A stretch of 64,000 nucleotides of DNA. Source: Dudresnaya verticillata. Taxonomy: Eukaryota. The first letter of the stretch is position 1; each line of letters begins with the position of its first letter. The position numbers were made by a program, and so were the translations under genes. Shown one piece after another: positions 58,201-64,000 of the stretch. Where the stretch lies: positions 868,001 through 932,000 of the forward strand of contig OZ374561.1 in assembly GCA_977862235.1 (NCBI GenBank), given 5' to 3'. The notes under the pieces were generated by a model, which was not told the DNA's origin, searched no databases, and worked only from the letters and a program-made list of their open reading frames with translations.

Positions 58201-60341
58201 ATTCATTCTTGCAGACCCGTTTTGTTGTCTACGCTCACATGACTCGTAAAGGAGATTACTGGATGAGGGGAAACATGGGCAGAAAGCTGTTGTACCAGGA
58301 GGGCATGTGGAATTCTTCGCAAGGTTCCACTTTCCCTCTCTTCTTTACTCAGAAAAGTGATGGTCCCCCTCGCATTACTTTGTGACAGGGTAAAATATAC
58401 CCTCAACAAATTGGTATTCTTGCTTAGGCTGACTTCTCAGGAAGAGACGGTGTGTGGTTGTGGATTCTAGTCCGTGGCTACCGGCCTAAAAAATGGTTAG
58501 ACTAGCCCCCATTTCATACCTAGTTGTAGCATCCATCGTCATCAAACCACAAAGGCAGTGTAGCGCCGCAGAAGAACGACGATTGGCTCTCACAGCTTCC
58601 AGAATAATTCAGTTCTCTACAAGAAGAACAAGAAACAATCACTGGTATCGTTTTTTGAAGCATGGAGTACTGAGAACTCGTCTCAGATTTCGATTGTGCG
58701 AAAACCCGAGGGACTTTGGGAATATTGCGGGACCTCGTATTGCTTTCTTTTTATTCATCATCGGACTTGGGGACTGTGCATGCTTCGTTCTCCAATTCCC
58801 TTGGATGCAGTCCGCTTTAAAGTTTTTAGAGCCTATGGCGCATCTTGAAGGTTGAAAGTATGGTGCTTCTTAGGATGGCGATGCTTTTCTTTCTCGGATG
58901 GTGCGAGTGTTTCGTACGCTATTGCACAACTTTCCTACTACATGTGTATTGTCGTGTGCTTTCACGGTTTGGTGAGATTTTCACAAGTTTGACACTGCTT
59001 CTTAATAGCAAATGGAAAATTGCTTTCAGGGAGTCTATAGACGTGTGTAATACATGTGGCATGAGTGGGATATGTTAGGCTACAGAGGAGGGTTAGAAAT
59101 TTCTGTAGACTCTTGGCTGTGTACCTCGCAACTCTGTCAAAAAACCTTGCCCCTCTCCTTCCTTTCCATCAAAGGAGAGCCGGCTTTTATTCCCTCATTG
59201 TCCTACTGAACGTGCCCGGTGCGGCATCACTACTGCATACCGTTGGTACCGTTGGTAACGACCATACTCAAGGTCACAACTGCCCAGCTTGAACTGTTGG
59301 GAACAAGCTAAATGTTACCGGGCACAAAAATAAATCTATCGTTCACAGCTTGAAGCGTTCGCTTCCTGTAGTACAGTGACCACTCTCTACTTTCAGAGTA
59401 GGTCTGAAATTAGGGGGATATGCTTTTGCCTCAAAGCTGGGCGTTTCCAGTTACGTTTCGTAGAAGTAGAGTGGAATAAGCCAGATGTATTATTGTTTTG
59501 AGTGCGTGCGGACAGAACCAAAGCTTTTCTTTTTTGGGGTAGCGTTTGTACTTGATGATAGCCGATAGTCCTGCACTGGAACTATCTCAGTTTAAGGGAT
59601 ATCGGGACCAGTGTGATAAGAAGCTTACAAGGACATTGGGTAGCAGCATAAGTTGGGCAAGATTCCCGAATTTTGTAAACTGTACGCGGAGTTGTTTGTA
59701 GAATGAGCTTGAGCAGTTCTAAGCGAATCTCTACCTTTGATGGTTTCTACTCTTGGTTCAGTGCTGAAGGCTGTATCGTACCGAGTTGCGCCCGAACAGT
59801 CTGTGTAAGCAGTTCTCACTGAAATGTAGCTTACTGTAAGACAGCTGGAACTGCCCACGCGGCAGATCACCACAAGCGCAGAGAATTACAACTCGAAGAG
59901 ATCACGCATAGAAACAGCCAACCAGGTTCCCCCAACTCCCAAATCCCTAAACGTCGCACGACGATTGGATGTGCATGACGGGCTGCCACGACAGCGCGCA
60001 CCGCTCGTGAACTCGTACTGCAGTCGCTCTTCTTCTTCTTTTTTTGTGCACGTCATCACAAAAGCCGTGCCGCCCTTCCCGCACTTTCGGTCCGAATCGG
60101 TCGCTCCGCCGTCCCTCCCAGGTCCACCGCGGCGTCAACGCTTTCACGCAGTGTACAACACCCGTGCGACAACGCCGCAAAACCGCCCTGGCAGCCTCGT
60201 AAGACCCCCGCCGCCGCCCCGCCCAACTTACACACCTCTTACGCCCGCGCGTCCCCACCCTCGTCTCCGCCCCGCTCCTTCATCCCGCGCCGCCCCGGAA
60301 CTAGACTCGCTCCCTCCCGCGCTCCCCCTAACCGCCACAAC

Positions 60342-60593
60342 ATGTCATACATGTACGCCCCAACTCCGCTCGTCCAGCGCATATCCCGTGCCACCGCACC
60401 ATCCCCGAGAGGCCACCGCCTACCACGCCTCCCGCTAGCTGCGCCCCCCTCCCGGTCCGTCTACCCTATCCGTGCACCCCGTCCGTCCTGCCAGCCGCCC
60501 CACTCCACGTCGTCACTGCCCCGTTTCACCCCGCCATGCCACTCCTCACCCTGCGCATCCCCGTCACAAGTGACCCGCCGCACCCCTATCTAA
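60342..60593 (+). CDS. Candidate 83-aa Pro/Ser/Arg-rich microprotein
   Basis: MSYMYAPTPLVQRISRATAPSPRGHRLPRLP...; start context aacATG at the end of a C-rich GC island. Shares V..I.RATA with the 43761 ORF. Confidence 0.4.
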   Translation: MSYMYAPTPLVQRISRATAPSPRGHRLPRLPLAAPPSRSVYPIRAPRPSCQPPHSTSSLPRFTPPCHSSPCASPSQVTRRTPI

Positions 60594-63500
60594 GGCACAT
60601 TAAACGGGTGCTTGCCCAGGCAGGAAAATGGACTCATTCCGAACGCTGTGGAACAGGTCGTAGCAAAAGCCTGGGCGAGTGGCTGCCGGAAACCATGCAT
60701 ACATGCATATGAATCCCTCGTGTGTATGCTACTACTTTCTGACACATGTTTGCAGCTGCCGGTTGAGCGCGTCGAGTGCAGTCATGCGACTCAGAGCCAA
60801 TGGAACGAGTAGCCATGAAAGTACGGTCTCCTCTCAATTGGGGTGTGGAACCGTGCCCGAGATGGCAGCGCCGCCACGAAGCAGGGCGGCTGGTTGACAT
60901 GCCACGACCGTCCCCCGAGGCAGCTCATCCACATTTGCCGCAGAGTGCATAGAATCGAATTCCATCGCCATCCCATTCCTTTCGAAACTCTGCGTGACAC
61001 GCCTTGTCACAGCCGTACCTTTGCATGCAGCACGTTTGTACTCTGTAATTGCTGGGTGTGGTTAACTGGATGTTTTGGTTCGGCTCTTCTACGAGTCGCG
61101 ATGCTCTATGGTGCTTGTGCGGGTGTGGGTGATTGACTACAGCACCTGCTCCTCATTTCAACTCCGTTCGCGGCGGAGTTCACATTATCGCGAGACAGGC
61201 TGACCGATACTCTTGGGTAGCAGCAACGCTAAGATTTTCGGATGAGTCTATCTTAAGTCATACTATCGGCAGAAAAAAAGGGCCACTTTCGCGCTGGCAT
61301 CCTTAACAGAGCGACCACACAGGATTAATATCCTGACAGCACCCGACTGGACGAGCAAGTGAGGAACTAAGCCAGTCTAGAAAATTCTGTGGACCAAGAG
61401 CACAGTTAACCGCTGAAGGACATTACAGGGCACCAGATAGGGTCTTAGCAAGGGGATCGCTCTCTCAAATAGTCCTCAGGGTGAATCGACTTGCGCTCAA
61501 ACTACTCCATTACCGATATCAATACGTCCCGTTGAACAAAAGCAGACCATGCTTAAATAGTTTCAACGGATGTGCCAGGCCAAGATGCCATATGTACAAG
61601 TCTGCTCTGTGGTTTTCTAGCCCTTCTTCTGAAACGGCCTCAGACTACTGTTGAATTACCAAGGCAAGCATGCTTGGCTACCTGGTTTGGGCGAATACAT
61701 TCATGGCCCGCTGTGTAAACGTTTGAAACCAGCGTTATCCTGTAGTACAGTCCACTTTATTCCGATATATCCACTATCATTTAGTGATGTTGTACTTTAA
61801 TTGGTTAAGATAGTCCTACGCAGGCCACCAGGGCCCATTTGGTTGTCACAGGCTGATGGACGGTGCACAGCCTGGCTCCTCAAGAATTCAGGGGTCCATC
61901 TCGATTCTCCTCTTTGATGCGCTGGACCAATAGCCGAACGAGTAATAGTCGCTTAGCGAATCCAAGCGCATGAATGACTGTGGGCAACTCAGTTTTGAGC
62001 GAGGTGATGTTCCAGCTTTTCAACCAGAAAGAAGGTTCAAGGCCGAAGCAAACCTATCGGGGGGATTTCCGTGAGAATCTTAAAAGACCTGTCTGTGCTT
62101 AGTTCTCAACATTACAGACTGGAACCTAGACCACGAATATTTTATGGATGTCGAAAGCCAGGCACATAACTCCCACGGGCAGAGAACTAGTGAGGCTGAA
62201 ATTTCTCCAGTGACCGCATCGCTTGCTGTGATGAACGACTGGTCTGCAACGGGAAGAAGACACAGAAACTACGGGGAAGAGATGCCAAGCAGTTGGCGGC
62301 GAAATATAGGTTCAATTGTTCTCCCCTCAATTCCGTCCTTACACATCCCCTGGCGGAGCCTACATGGCATTCTTGATCTCCATTGGACATGTACCTACAC
62401 TGGGAGAATGCCAACTTCTTTTCAACCTGCTCGTGTTTCCGTGCAGCCCAAGTCTCTAATCCTCTGTCCGCTGGGTGCTCTTCGTCGCAAAGACTTTGTG
62501 GGAGGCCACGCAGTTACTGGCACGATGTTAACTGGAGCGATATGGCTTTCCACGGATCATTTGCATCCTTCTTTCTTCTTTCTGCAGTCGACCTCTCTTC
62601 ATTGTATGGAGCTTTGGAGAAACCGTGAAGAGATGCCAACTTCTCCAGGCAATCCCTGGCGCTGACACTGCAGGGAACTTTATGCGGTTTTGTTGTTCAT
62701 ATAGAATCTGCAATAGCAAACGACGAGAGGTTTACAATCATTACTATTGATCTGTAGTGCTCTCCTATTGATTAAAGACTTGTTTTCACTTCTAGAGAGT
62801 AAAAAATGCCTGGTTGATTAAAACGAGCATAAAGCTCGGGTCTGGACTGCTATTCTCAACTCGCCTTGGCAACTTTCGTCTCTCCAAGCTTAGATATCGT
62901 ACCCAGATGAGGATGGCACTCGCGTCTCAAACGACATCGCCGTCTGGACAAGCTCATTATTACTAGAGTATCGAAGTAAACTACTATAACTAGTGCAGTG
63001 AGTTCTGGAAACATCTCCTGTCTTGGGTCTGCAAGATGTTTCTCATAATTTCTTCGGATAAGCAGAGGGAGCAGAAACATTTGAAGTTGTCGTATTCTTA
63101 GTGGTTGGTGCATCTTTCCTGCTCATACACAGAATCTTAGATATTCTAACCTTGTGACTATCGGAAATGACAGTTTGAAATGCAAAAGCTAAGAACTGAG
63201 AGCATAGTAATGAATTGAAACATTATTATCTGACTGTCTGTCTTTAGTCTAGAGGCAGTGTTGACATTATTTATACGGCGATGGGCATGTTAAGTCCTAG
63301 AATTTGGAACAGCAATATAGAGTATGAAAAGAGCCATATTGCTGATATCTTTTAAACCAACTGCACAGCCTTTCAAACGCAGTACAGACCTGTACGAGTC
63401 CATGAATGTCTGTCTAGCGAGAGAACAGAAGATTGTGAACTCGAAAAGTAAAACAAACGCCTTTTTCACTCTTCACCTCAGTTGTCCTCCCCCTCTCTCG

Positions 63501-64000
63501 CTATAGCACCGAGCCCTATCCTATTTAAAAGGGCACTTTCGCCTCGTTTGCGCGTAGTGGCTTCCTAACAAATAATCTACACGTTCGCCTGCCTCCGATA
63601 TTAGACAGCTGAAACAACCGATGTTCCGCTCCGGTTGCATTACGAGAGCAATTGGTAGGCGGCTTGACCTTGCCCCTCTCTTCGCCCGAGCTCTAATACA
63701 GTATCAAAATCTCTTCTACTTCAGAAAGGAATCCGGCAGTGCTTGGGCCAAGTACGTACGCGACGTGAACTTAGCAAATCTCCACAAGATTCTCGAAACA
63801 AGAGTATAATAAAAGACAAAGTGATGTGAGGTGAATTATTTCGCCCCATGTCGAGATTCGACAACTCATCACACTAGAAAGACCAGTTAAATTAATTGTC
63901 GCTCAACTTGAGCACTATCTACTCTCTTTCTGCGTGAGATAGCAGGCTGTTCAAGGAAATAGTTCCGCATCACGAGGATCATCCTAGCAAGGAGGGCGGG

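Noticed and set aside
56200..64000. AT-richer stretches with scattered short ORFs (e.g. 57675-57986, 62144-62665)
   Set aside because: Possibly old transposon debris, but no catalytic motifs, terminal repeats or TSDs were found by eye.

Overview
Eukaryotic nuclear DNA with few, short introns. A red alga (Florideophyceae-like) is inferred from the intronless XPD, the short GT-AG introns with CTRAC branch points, the very GC-rich promoter islands and the WLDD-type Gypsy RT; the taxon cannot be proven from the sequence alone. The left 35 kb is gene-dense. It holds a 4-exon ionotropic-glutamate-receptor-like gene, a secreted two-domain Cys-rich protein, a CDC48/AFG2-family AAA ATPase with a dead first ring, the TFIIH helicase XPD, an organelle-targeted PPR-like protein and a 2-exon VOC/glyoxalase. 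It also holds three tandem paralogs of a DUF7918-like nuclear protein (one with two amber stops), a complete but coding-defective chromodomain Ty3/Gypsy element (21863-27280, LTRs ~99% identical, 4-bp TSD), an ADA3-like SAGA subunit, a small protein with a CENP-C-type motif and a secreted lectin-like protein. The right ~29 kb has no recognisable conventional gene. It instead carries repeated GC-rich islands, often in divergent pairs, each followed by a short basic Pro-rich ORF, and several of these ORFs share protein-level motifs (RTP..P[VI][LI]TR..DPPSP; V..I.RATA). The two most interesting leads are this candidate microprotein cluster and evidence that the retrotransposon has no tRNA primer site and may self-prime in the Tf1 manner.
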